Positions 27,918 through 36,710 of a stretch of DNA of 64,000 nucleotides are shown piece after piece. The position numbers were made by a program, and so were the translations under genes. Location of the stretch: the NCBI GenBank assembly GCA_963838925.1, contig CAWISW010000002.1:64001-128000 (forward strand), in the 5' to 3' direction. This DNA is from an uncultured Nitrososphaerota archaeon. GTDB taxonomy: Archaea; Thermoproteota; Nitrososphaeria; Nitrososphaerales; Gagatemarchaeaceae. Within the stretch, counting starts at the first letter, position 1; the number at the start of each line of letters is the position of its first letter. The notes under the pieces are model-generated. The model saw nothing but the letters and a program-made list of their open reading frames with translations, had not been told where the DNA came from and did not search any database.

Positions 27918-28343
27918 ATGAAAATCAGCAAGCTAGAGGGAATCGCGGCCGCGCCCGCGGTGGTCGTCGCCATCGCTTCGCTCTCCGCCCCTTCATACGC
28001 CGACTCTTCCTCGACGGGGGCAGTCCCCTCGGGCTATCCTTGGATCAGCCTTGCGGGCCAGCCCTGGGTGAACTACACTACGATAGCGCCGCTGCTTACG
28101 GCGACTTTCACAAACCAATCTCCAAGTCAGATGAACGCGACAGCGTACGCAACGCTGCACGACCTCGTCGGGCAGACGGTCGCGATAGATGCAGTCGCCA
28201 TCGTCGGGGCCAACCCCGGACAGAACACGACAGTGGGGTTCTACTTCGCAGTTCCGCTCGACGCCTACACCGTCGACCTGTTCGTCCTGAGCAGCTCAGG
28301 GACGGCGAAATCCGCTGTCACCAACGGCACGAACGTGGCATGA
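27918..28343 (+). CDS. Secreted single beta-sandwich domain protein
   Basis: Signal peptide. The domain resembles the C-terminus of the phosphoesterase at 49944..51401. Confidence 0.6.
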   Translation: MKISKLEGIAAAPAVVVAIASLSAPSYADSSSTGAVPSGYPWISLAGQPWVNYTTIAPLLTATFTNQSPSQMNATAYATLHDLVGQTVAIDAVAIVGANPGQNTTVGFYFAVPLDAYTVDLFVLSSSGTAKSAVTNGTNVA

Positions 28344-28483
28344 CCGCCGTGAACTCCGAGGGAGCCAGGAAGGAGGAGGACAGAGATTTTGCCCCAAGGG
28401 CGTCTGGTCCCCTCGTCGCCCTCCTTTGCTGCAGGCTAGGACATGGGCGATCATCAATGATGGCGCGGGGCAGGTGAGGGAGT

Positions 28484-28561
28484 TGGCGGGCCCGGTGGGA
28501 TTTGAACCCTCGGCCTAACGCTTAGGAGGCGTTCGCTCTGTCCATACTGAGCTACGGGCCC
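28484..28561 (-). tRNA. tRNA-Arg(CCT), intronless, CCA encoded
   Basis: GGGCCCG acceptor stem, GCTC/GAGC D-stem, AACGC-CT CCT AA-GCGTT anticodon arm, TTCAAAT T-loop, 3' GCCA. Confidence 0.95.
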
Positions 28562-28616
28562 GAATCCAAGGGCCTCGGCATCACCAATATACTGTTTTGG
28601 TATGCCCAGGCCGACT

Positions 28617-29108
28617 TCACACAAGGTGGAACCTTAGCGTGACGACCTTCAGCGCGCCGTCATAGTAAGCGCCGTCGATCCTCATCGCGCCGATCGAGCC
28701 GGCGCTTTCGACGTGCTTCCGTGGGCAGCAACTCACGTCCCAATCGGCTATCCTCACAATGTTCAGCAGCGCACCGCCCTCCGGCGCGGGAAAGAGGTCG
28801 AAGATACCCTCGCCAAAATGCCCCTCCGCCTCCTGCCTCTCCATGCTGAACTCCAGGAACTCCGCGTCCTCGGCGATCTTGTTGTTCGAGGCGACCTCGA
28901 TCTTGGAGAGCTCCTGCACTGTCGGCGTGGCCTCCGTCCTCACGTTTAGCTGCCCAGGCGGGGACGCGGCGAACCGCCTCTGGCCGAGGACCGTGGTAAC
29001 CGCACCCTTGAGCACATGGACGGCGGAGTGGGCGCGGACGTCCGCCGAGCCCTTCTGGCTAGACGTTGACGACCTTGAGGATGTCTCTGAGGTGGGTCTC
29101 GAGGCCAT
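28617..29108 (-). CDS. AlaX-like free-standing tRNA editing (deacylase) protein
   Basis: HSAVHVLKGA (HxxxH) and CPRKHV (CxxxH) Zn motifs. Start is uncertain because it overlaps the upstream gene. Confidence 0.75.
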   Translation of the reverse strand: MASRPTSETSSRSSTSSQKGSADVRAHSAVHVLKGAVTTVLGQRRFAASPPGQLNVRTEATPTVQELSKIEVASNNKIAEDAEFLEFSMERQEAEGHFGEGIFDLFPAPEGGALLNIVRIADWDVSCCPRKHVESAGSIGAMRIDGAYYDGALKVVTLRFHLV

Positions 29109-30312
29109 ACCTTCTCTCGTTTGTCTTCATGTGCCAATACATCGACGCCATGTCGGGTAACTCCCTCAACACGGAGAAGTTGCCGTCCATCTTCGCCTTG
29201 ATGAACCTGTACACCTTGGCGTAGATGTCAAAGTGCTTCAAGACCGCCTTGGAATAAGCCTCCATGTCGTCCATGTGCTCCACGAACATATTGACGCACT
29301 GCATGCTGGGGATTATCCCTTCGCCGAGCAGCGGGTAGACAGTCCCAATGCTCTCTCCGACGCCAACCACCAGTGGCCAGTCCGGCCTTGGGCTCGAACA
29401 GTCGCAGTATCCGTGCCCGTTCATGCCAAGGGGACTTGCGCTCGGCAGGCCCACCCCGCCGTTCGAGGGGGCACCTCTCTCCGCGAATGCCGTCGTCGCG
29501 ACCTGACCGCCCGAAGAGCTCGAAATCATCGCCGCCGCGGCCTGGCCAGATCTCACCTGGTTGGCGATCTTCAGGAACTTCTTGTTGTGAATCGTCTTGT
29601 TGCAGCTCAAGCACTTGGGCTCTGTGTAGAACGGACCCATGTAGGCTGGCGCTAGGATCCTCACTGGCCTTCCGACCCTTCTCACTACCTTCCAGTCGTA
29701 CTTCTTGACCATCTCCTCTATCTCCCCTCTGTACTGAGCCTTGAAGTCCCCCGCTCCGATGTGCCCTCTGCCCTCACCTAGCGGGAAGTACCAGAAGTAA
29801 CCGCTGAGGCTGGGGTAGGGCCTGATGTAAAAGTCGTCCCAGGGGAACTTGCCTTCCACCTCCACCTCGAAGCACGGGATTGCCGCGTCGTGCTCCAGCT
29901 TGCCCAGTATCGACCTGTGGAAGCCCGTCGCGTCGATGACCACGTCGAACCCCTTGAGCTCGCTGAGGCCCTTCGGGTGAGCTCCCCAGTGGATGTTCTT
30001 CCCCTTCTTCATGTCGCCGAACAGCCTCGTCTTGTCGAACGTCACGAGCCCGTTGAGCTTGATGTTGAAGGTGTCATGTCCGTTGCCGGGGTCTACGATC
30101 ATGCTCTTGCCGCGGAAGAGGATGTAGTCCTCGAAGTTGAGCCCCACCTTGCTGACGAGGTCAGAGATGAAGGGCGCGCTCGTCCCCCAAGCGCAGACCG
30201 CCCACCACTTGTCCTTCTCGCGCATCTCGAAGGCCTCGACCTCGTGCTCCGGAGGTATCCTGTTGAGCAAGTAAGACCCCGCTACACCGCAGCCGACAAT
30301 GGCAATGCGCAT
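29059..30312 (-). CDS. Geranylgeranyl-reductase-family FAD-dependent oxidoreductase with a Cys-containing insertion
   Basis: IVGCGVAG, IDATG, GYFWYFP, VGESIG.V.PLLGEGI. Confidence 0.8.
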   Translation of the reverse strand: MRIAIVGCGVAGSYLLNRIPPEHEVEAFEMREKDKWWAVCAWGTSAPFISDLVSKVGLNFEDYILFRGKSMIVDPGNGHDTFNIKLNGLVTFDKTRLFGDMKKGKNIHWGAHPKGLSELKGFDVVIDATGFHRSILGKLEHDAAIPCFEVEVEGKFPWDDFYIRPYPSLSGYFWYFPLGEGRGHIGAGDFKAQYRGEIEEMVKKYDWKVVRRVGRPVRILAPAYMGPFYTEPKCLSCNKTIHNKKFLKIANQVRSGQAAAAMISSSSGGQVATTAFAERGAPSNGGVGLPSASPLGMNGHGYCDCSSPRPDWPLVVGVGESIGTVYPLLGEGIIPSMQCVNMFVEHMDDMEAYSKAVLKHFDIYAKVYRFIKAKMDGNFSVLRELPDMASMYWHMKTNERRYGLETHLRDILKVVNV

Positions 30313-30468
30313 ACTGCCTCAAGCCGAGCGGGGCGTTACTAAATGTGTTTCGCTTGTCGTTCCGCGCTGCGCCAAAGACACCCGAGACCGAGCGCGAGCT
30401 TGGTCGCGGCCCCGCCAAGCTTTAATATCCACTGAAGCTCGCGGAATTTCAAGAGGGCTCGCAAGGGT

Positions 30469-30840
30469 TTGGCGATCTTTGGAGACATCGGATCCGTTTT
30501 CGCAATGGGCGTCGTAGGGGTCCTCTTCACCTCGATAATGCTCATCGCCTCTAGGCTCCTCGCGCCGAAGAGCCCCAACCCGATCAAGAACGCCACGTTC
30601 GAGGCCGGGCAGGTCCCCCGCGGGAGGGGGAAGATGCACTTCATGATGCAGTACTACGCCTACCTCCTAATGTTCGTCGTCTTCGACGTGATGGCGATGT
30701 TCCTCTTCGCGTGGGCGGTCGCCTACCAGCCCCTCGCCCTCGGGCAGCTCTCCAGCTGGCTGATGGTCGTCTTCGTAGGAGCGCTCCTGATACCCATGGG
30801 CCTCACCGTCCACATGGCGGGGAAGCGAGACATATGGTAG
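30469..30840 (+). CDS. nuoA: Complex I subunit A
   Basis: K.ATFEAG, QYYAYLLMFVVFDV, 3 TM segments. Confidence 0.93.
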   Translation: MAIFGDIGSVFAMGVVGVLFTSIMLIASRLLAPKSPNPIKNATFEAGQVPRGRGKMHFMMQYYAYLLMFVVFDVMAMFLFAWAVAYQPLALGQLSSWLMVVFVGALLIPMGLTVHMAGKRDIW

Positions 30841-31364
30841 AGGCAGCCCAGGTCCCGAAGACCGGGGAGGTAAACGTCCTCGTGGGCAAGGTAAACGAGA
30901 TCCTGCAGGACGCGATCGGCGCCCCGCTCCGCTACGTCGCCAACTGGGGCCGGCTCTATAGCCTCTGGCCCGTCCATCTGGAAACGGCGTGCTGCAGCGT
31001 CGAAGTCGGGGCCGCCTCCGGTTCCAGGTTCGACGCTGAGCGCTTCGGGGTCCTGGAGGCTTTCGGCTCCCTGAGGCAGTGCGACCTCATCATAGTGATG
31101 GGCACGGTTACGCGGAAGCTCGCGCCCAGGCTTAAGCTCATCTACGACCAGATGCCAGAACCGAAGTGGGTGATCGCGATGGGCGCGTGCAGTATCACCG
31201 GCGGCCTCTACTTCGACTCTTACAACGTCCTGAGGGGGATAGACGACATCATCCCCGTCGACGTCTACGTCCCGGGGTGCCCCCCGCGGGCGGAGTCTCT
31301 CATCCAGGGCGTCGCCCTCCTCCAGGACAAGATCAGGCACTCCACGAGCCTGCGCGGGACGTAG
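30834..31364 (+). CDS. nuoB: Complex I subunit B
   Basis: TACCSVE, QMPEPKWVIAMGAC...GG, PVDVYVPGCPP. Confidence 0.95.
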   Translation: MVEAAQVPKTGEVNVLVGKVNEILQDAIGAPLRYVANWGRLYSLWPVHLETACCSVEVGAASGSRFDAERFGVLEAFGSLRQCDLIIVMGTVTRKLAPRLKLIYDQMPEPKWVIAMGACSITGGLYFDSYNVLRGIDDIIPVDVYVPGCPPRAESLIQGVALLQDKIRHSTSLRGT

Positions 31365-31403
31365 GCGCGTCGACACTCCGTGACAATAGGATAGGAACGC
31401 AAG

Positions 31404-31988
31404 ATGCAACCCGCCAATCCGGCCGACAAGGAAGCGAAGGGCCCCGTCCCAGCAAGTCCTCCGGTGACCAACGCGGGCCCTTCCGTCTCCACGATGGGCC
31501 CGATGCCCCCTGCGCCCGACACGTCCCGCACGAAGGCCCTCGCGGACAGGATGGTCGAGAGGTTCCCCTCGACGAAGGTGGACTACGTCAGGGAGAGGAG
31601 GGTCAAGGTCACCTCCACCCCCGAGCAGATAAAGTCGGTCGCCCTGTTCGTCAGGGACGTCCTCGGCTTCGACCACCTCAACGTGGTGGCCGGCACCGAC
31701 TACATGCAGCTGGGCGAGTTCGAGGTCATCTACTTCGTGGGGTCGCTCTCCAAGCCTGGACAGCAGGACCTCGTCATCCAGCTCGCCGAGCGCGTGAAGA
31801 GGGAGGACTCCCCGAAGGTCCCCTCCCTGGTGGAGGTGTGGACGGCAGCTGAATACCACGAGAGGGAGACGTTCGAGATGCTCGGGATTGTCTTCGAGGG
31901 TCACCCCGACCTGAGGCGCCTGCTGCTCCCAGAGGACTGGAACGACATCCCGCCTCTCAGGAAGGACTACACCTCTCCGGGGAGATAA
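31404..31988 (+). CDS. nuoC: Complex I subunit C
   Basis: VPSL..VW.AA.YHERETFEMLGI.FEGHPDLRRLLLP..W..PPLRKD. Confidence 0.95.
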   Translation: MQPANPADKEAKGPVPASPPVTNAGPSVSTMGPMPPAPDTSRTKALADRMVERFPSTKVDYVRERRVKVTSTPEQIKSVALFVRDVLGFDHLNVVAGTDYMQLGEFEVIYFVGSLSKPGQQDLVIQLAERVKREDSPKVPSLVEVWTAAEYHERETFEMLGIVFEGHPDLRRLLLPEDWNDIPPLRKDYTSPGR

Positions 31989-31993
31989 GAGGA

Positions 31994-33112
31994 ATGTCCA
32001 CAGCCTTCGAGTACTCCCCTGAAGCAGACAAGATCATGGCCGTGTCCCTCGGGCCGCAGCACCCGGGCGCCGGCCACTTCCGGATACGCCTCTGGCTCGA
32101 CGGCGACTACGTCGTGAGGGCGGACCCGGACCCCGGATACGTCCACAGGGGCGAGGAGAAGATGAGCGAGTACCGCAACTACATCCAGAACGTCCCGCAC
32201 CTCGAGAGGCCGGTCATCCTCGACAGCTCGGGGATACTCTTCGCTTACTCGCTGGCTGTAGACCAGCTCATGAACAACAAGATCCCGCCGAGGGCCGAAT
32301 ACCTCCGCGTGATAATGGCCGAGTTCAACAGGATCATCTCCCACGAGTACTACCTGGGCATCCTCGGGCTCTTCGTAGGCCAGACGACGATGATCACCTG
32401 GTGCATGGGCGACAGGGACCTCTTCATCGACCTCGCAGCGAGGATCGCCGGCGCCCGGGTGACCTTCGCGTACATCATCCCGGGAGGCGTGAGGAACGAC
32501 ATGCCCGAGGGCCTGGAGGTGCAGGCTTTCGAGACGCTGGACTGGTTCGACAAGAGGATGGACGAGTACGAGAAGATATTCTTCAAGAACCCGCTCTGGG
32601 AGGAGCGGTCCAAGGGCGTGGGCGTCTTGACGAGGGACGACGCCATCAAGCTGGGAGCCACAGGAACTGTCCTCAGGGCCTCCGGCGTGGCGCACGACAT
32701 CAGGAAGGCGGAGCCCTACGGCGCCTACCCTGACTTTGACTTCTCGGTGTCCTCCTTCAAAGAAGGGGACTGCTGGGCGAGGGGCTACGTCGCACTCCAG
32801 GAGATGCGCGAGTCCGTGAAGATCCTGAGGCAGGCCTTCAAGAACCTCCCCCCAGGCCCGGTGAGGCTGAAGCTCGGGCCGCAGCCGAGGGTGCCCGCGG
32901 GCGAGGTCTACGCCAGGACGGAGGCCGCCCACGGGGAGATGAGCTACTTCATAGTGAGCGACGGCAGCCCCAAGCCCTACAGGCTGAAGCTGGGCGTCCC
33001 GAGCTTCAAGAACATGAGGACGATACCGCACCTCCTCAAGGGAGTGCACGTCGCAGACATCCCTCCCGTGTATTGGGGCCTCAATTACTGGCCCGTGGAG
33101 GCCGATCACTAG
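31994..33112 (+). CDS. nuoD: Complex I subunit D
   Basis: GPQHPG..H, GYVHRGEEK, RVIMAEFNRI.SH, GTVLRASG, RTEAAHGE, PYRLK...PSF. Confidence 0.95.
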   Translation: MSTAFEYSPEADKIMAVSLGPQHPGAGHFRIRLWLDGDYVVRADPDPGYVHRGEEKMSEYRNYIQNVPHLERPVILDSSGILFAYSLAVDQLMNNKIPPRAEYLRVIMAEFNRIISHEYYLGILGLFVGQTTMITWCMGDRDLFIDLAARIAGARVTFAYIIPGGVRNDMPEGLEVQAFETLDWFDKRMDEYEKIFFKNPLWEERSKGVGVLTRDDAIKLGATGTVLRASGVAHDIRKAEPYGAYPDFDFSVSSFKEGDCWARGYVALQEMRESVKILRQAFKNLPPGPVRLKLGPQPRVPAGEVYARTEAAHGEMSYFIVSDGSPKPYRLKLGVPSFKNMRTIPHLLKGVHVADIPPVYWGLNYWPVEADH

Positions 33113-33195
33113 TGCTAATTTTCTAGTCAGCCTACTCGTCAAATTAACATGTTGGTGTAATCATCGCTCCATGCTTCATAATTTGGTCCATCACC

Positions 33196-34287
33196 CTACT
33201 GGATGAGTAGGCTTTCAGCAAGTTTGAGAAATTCGGCCTTGTCAGTTTTCAGTTCCCTCAATAACAGTTTCCATCTTTCGTGACGAAGCTCGGAATCTAT
33301 CGGTTCGAAAATAAGCTTCACCTTGGCCTTCTTCTCGGGATGCCTTAGTCTTAGCATCTTCAGCAGACTGAGAATCTCTTCTACCCTCCACAACTGGAGT
33401 TGACGAACGCCGTTCGAGTCTGGCTTGCCAAGATGGGCATGAAATCCAAGCATAGATAGCGACGATTGAACCCAGACCAGGAGTTCAAGGTTCTTATTAG
33501 TAAATGACATTCGAGGTTCGAACGCCCTATCGGCTCTTAGCCACAGTCTTCCTTCCGCGTCAAAAAGGCCTGCAAGATATCCTAACACAAATTCGACGCT
33601 CTCTACTCCAGCGGGAACTGTCAGTCTTCCTTCCAATAAGAAGCCAAAGCTCGCATCAAGTTCTGATTCAAAGGACCATTCGTATCCGGCCATTGTGGAG
33701 AGTCTTGGTCTTACCCTAACAGGACCATGCGGAACCATTAGTGATGTCAGGAGGTCAATCATTGCAGGGTGCGTCGAAGCCGTTCTTACTCTAATTGCTC
33801 TACCATGGCGCTTGACATTGAGATCACCGCGAGCTAGCCCCAGCAGGTACCCCTTCTGATAGGCGTCTCCTTCAAACGGAACCTTTTCGAACTTCCTCAC
33901 AGATTTGATTTGCGCTTCGACTTTGTCTCTCAGCGGTATTCCTCGTTTACGAAGATGGTTGAAGACAGAGACCGGGCTCACGACCTCTCCGGCGATTTGT
34001 TTCAGCGACTCTCCATTCTTGTACTTGGTTACCCAGACATCGACCATATCATCTGTGATTTTCCTGATATGCGCAGCGGGGTCGCGCCTTCTGATTCCGT
34101 TCCTCTTCAGATGATGCAATATCGTCGACTCGGCCGTCTTCTGACTCGCATACCTCAAGTCGTAGATCTTCGCAATCTTCGCAGCCGAGAGCTTCTGCTC
34201 AAGGTACAAGCGCTGGAGGTCGGCCTTTGTGGGCGGCCACTCAAGATTGGGTGAGTTGCTTGTCTTGGCGCCCTCTCCGTCAGTCAT
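33196..34287 (-). mobile_element. Free-standing LAGLIDADG homing endonuclease with N-terminal HTH motifs
   Basis: YLLGLARGD and YLAGLFDAEG motifs, FTNKN. Noticeably more AT-rich than the flanking genes; convergent with nuoD. Confidence 0.85.
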
Positions 34288-34390
34288 TCATTCGTTATTC
34301 TTGCAGACTATATGAACGGCAACGCTCGAAACCGGAATCGCCACTATTCGCACGTCGGTGGGAATTTGTCCGAAAATCCCCGGTAATACA

Positions 34391-34398
34391 TATATAAG
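34391..34398 (+). promoter_or_regulatory. TATA box of the R15P isomerase-prs operon
   Basis: TATATAAG ending about 25 bp before GTG 34424, consistent with a leaderless transcript. Confidence 0.6.
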
Positions 34399-34423
34399 CT
34401 CCTACGAAGGCGAAACGGTTCAC

Positions 34424-35416
34424 GTGGAAACCCTAAAGGACGGAAAAGAAGAATTTCCAAAGGTCTCTGTGGACGAAGCGTATGACAACCTAAAGTCGAT
34501 GCGCGTCCATGGCGCGGGGCGGATCGCGAGGTATGCGGCCCAAGCGCTGAGGGACTATGCAAAGGACGCCAAGGCGAAGACCTCCAGAGAGTACTGGGGA
34601 ATCGTCCTGAAGGCGGGGGAGAAGCTCAGGTCTGCAAGGCCCACTGCGGTCTCCCTTCCCAACGGCGTAAACTACGTCCTGTACGGCGGGAGGACCTCCT
34701 TCGAGTCCGGCGGGTCAGTGGAAGACATCAGGAACGCCACAGTTAACACCGCGAACGACTTCATCACGTCCAGCATCGAAGCCGTCAAGGAGATAGGAGA
34801 GATCGGGGCGAGGAGGGTCAAGAACGGAGACATCATAATCACACACTGCAACAGCGAGGCTGCCATGAGCATCCTGAAGAAGGCCTACGACATGGGGAAG
34901 GGCATCAAGGTCTACTGCGACGAGACCAGGCCCAAGTTCCAGGGGCACAAGACGGCAGCGACGCTCGCGGCATACGGCATCGACACCACGCTGATCTGCG
35001 ACTCTGCGTGCAGGGTGACCATGTCCGGCGCAGACAGGGCGATAGTCGGATGCGACGCCATCTCAGTCAACGGAGCCTTGGTGAACAAGATCGGCACCTC
35101 GCAGGTCGCCACGATCGCCCACGAAGCGAGGGTAAACTTCTTGGTGGCCGCTGAAACTTATAAGCTCGATTTCAAGACCTTGACGGGAGAATTGGTCGAC
35201 ATCGAGGAGCGCGACTACACGGAGATCGCCTCAAAGGAATGGATGACCCACAACCCGAAGGTAAAGTTCAGCAACCCAGTGTTCGACGTCACTCCGCCCG
35301 AGTACATCGACTTTTACGTAACGGAGAAGGGCATCGTCCCGCCCGGCGCGATATTCAGCCTGATGAAGGAGCTCTACCAGTACACAGAGGGAGCTCAGGC
35401 GAAGCCCGCCCATTAA
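34424..35416 (+). CDS. Ribose-1,5-bisphosphate isomerase (eIF2B-like family)
   Basis: M.VHGAGRIAR, RPTAVSLPN, THCNS (catalytic Cys), ETRPKFQG, GCDAI (catalytic Asp), NKIGT, NPVFDVTP. Adjacent to RuBisCO. Confidence 0.88.
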   Translation: METLKDGKEEFPKVSVDEAYDNLKSMRVHGAGRIARYAAQALRDYAKDAKAKTSREYWGIVLKAGEKLRSARPTAVSLPNGVNYVLYGGRTSFESGGSVEDIRNATVNTANDFITSSIEAVKEIGEIGARRVKNGDIIITHCNSEAAMSILKKAYDMGKGIKVYCDETRPKFQGHKTAATLAAYGIDTTLICDSACRVTMSGADRAIVGCDAISVNGALVNKIGTSQVATIAHEARVNFLVAAETYKLDFKTLTGELVDIEERDYTEIASKEWMTHNPKVKFSNPVFDVTPPEYIDFYVTEKGIVPPGAIFSLMKELYQYTEGAQAKPAH

Positions 35417-35432
35417 TCGGAGAACGAGTAAG

Positions 35433-36326
35433 ATGATAATCTTTGGCGGTTCTGCAGGCGAGACTCTAGCAGTCAGAGTGTCGCTCCTTACGGGAGCTAA
35501 GCTCGGCAAGGTCAAGAGGCAGAGGTTCCCAGACGGGGAGCAATACCTGAAGATCGAGGAGGACATCAAGGGGCAGGACATCGTATTCATCCACCCACTT
35601 GGAGGCAGGCCGGACGAGCTCATCATGGAGTACCTGCTCACGATGGACGCTTTTAAGAGCGCGAGCCCAAAGTCGATAAGCGTCGTCATCCCGTACTTCG
35701 CCTATGCCAGACAAGACGCTAGGTTCCACCCCGGAGAGCCCCTGAGCTTCCATCTGGTGGCCAAGCTGCTAGAGTCCGCAGGCCCGAGCAGGATATTCAC
35801 GATAGACGTACACCTCCAGAGGGTCCCGTCCCTGAAAGAGGTCTTCAAGGTCCCGGCCTTCAACCTGACGGCCGTCCCGTACATCGCGGAGTACATCAAC
35901 AGGATATACCAGCCGAAGAACCCGATCATCATCGGACCGGACGACGAGTCGGAGCAATGGGCGAAGGTCGCGGCAGCCAAGATCAAGACCGACTACGCGA
36001 TCCTCCAGAAGACCAGGTTCTCCTCAACGGAGGTCAAGGTCAAGGTCAAGGGCGGCGAGAGCGTCAACGTCAAGGGGAGGGACGCGATAATCATCGACGA
36101 CATCATCAGCACGGGCAACACCATCGTGGAGGCCGCGAACCTGGTGAAGAAGGCAGGCGCGCGCAAGATCTACGTAGGGTGCACGCACCCCGTCCTCAGC
36201 CTCAACGCGCTCCCGCTGATGTACAGCAACAACATAGAGGGCGTGGTAGGCACCGACACCTTCGCGGGGCCCATAAGCTTCGTGACCGTGGCGCCCGTGA
36301 TAGCCGAAGCGCTGAAGAAGAAGTAG
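35433..36326 (+). CDS. prs: Ribose-phosphate pyrophosphokinase (PRPP synthase, archaeal type)
   Basis: FPDGE, PYFAYARQD, D.H, GPD, IIDDIISTG.T, THPV. Confidence 0.92.
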   Translation: MIIFGGSAGETLAVRVSLLTGAKLGKVKRQRFPDGEQYLKIEEDIKGQDIVFIHPLGGRPDELIMEYLLTMDAFKSASPKSISVVIPYFAYARQDARFHPGEPLSFHLVAKLLESAGPSRIFTIDVHLQRVPSLKEVFKVPAFNLTAVPYIAEYINRIYQPKNPIIIGPDDESEQWAKVAAAKIKTDYAILQKTRFSSTEVKVKVKGGESVNVKGRDAIIIDDIISTGNTIVEAANLVKKAGARKIYVGCTHPVLSLNALPLMYSNNIEGVVGTDTFAGPISFVTVAPVIAEALKKK

Positions 36327-36528
36327 AGTCGGACAACCGACCCTGGATTCTCACCGCTTCGTACGGCCATGCATGGCTATGGGCACCTCTAGGGACCTTG
36401 CGGTAGCTCGATTCCTATAGATCTCTCGCCGAAGCGAGCGAGAGGAGACGCGGCCGCAGAAGTGACTTTGTGAATAATGAGGAGGGGGCCCGATTAGGGC
36501 CTGGCCGAGCCTTGGTAACTCTGCCGAC

Positions 36529-36705
36529 TCAGAAGTTCGTCGCTGGGGCGCCGGAGTTCTTCAGGTAGTGGAGCTCGTAAGGCTTCCCGGCCGTTCCCAC
36601 GCAACACGTGCACCCGTAGTCCGCGCACTGCAGGGAGTTGTCGTGGGGGCATGACCCGCACGAGCAGAAGATGTCGCCCTTGATGTGGTTCTTCACTATG
36701 AGCAC
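36529..36705 (-). CDS. 58-aa Cys-rich, probably metal-binding protein directly downstream of RuBisCO (absent from the ORF track)
   Basis: GTG 5 nt after the rbcL TAG. Reads MLIVKNHIKGDIFCSCGSCPHDNSLQCADYGCTCCVGTAGKPYELHYLKNSGAPATNF*, with strongly GC3-biased codons like the host genes. Confidence 0.75.
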   Translation of the reverse strand: MLIVKNHIKGDIFCSCGSCPHDNSLQCADYGCTCCVGTAGKPYELHYLKNSGAPATNF

Positions 36706-36710
36706 CCCTT

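Noticed and set aside
1-28483. Integrated element or provirus at the tRNA-Arg 3' end
   Set aside because: No integrase, transposase, viral genes or duplicated tRNA 3' end were seen in the window.
28514-28526. Fourth CCTAA...TTAGG palindrome
   Set aside because: The spacer is 3 nt and the sequence lies within the tRNA-Arg anticodon and variable region.
34424-35416. eIF2B subunit or methylthioribose-1-P isomerase (MtnA)
   Set aside because: GAGRIA, RPTAVSL, THCNS.AA and RPK.QG fit R15P isomerase, and the MtnA-type THCNxGxLAT motif is absent.
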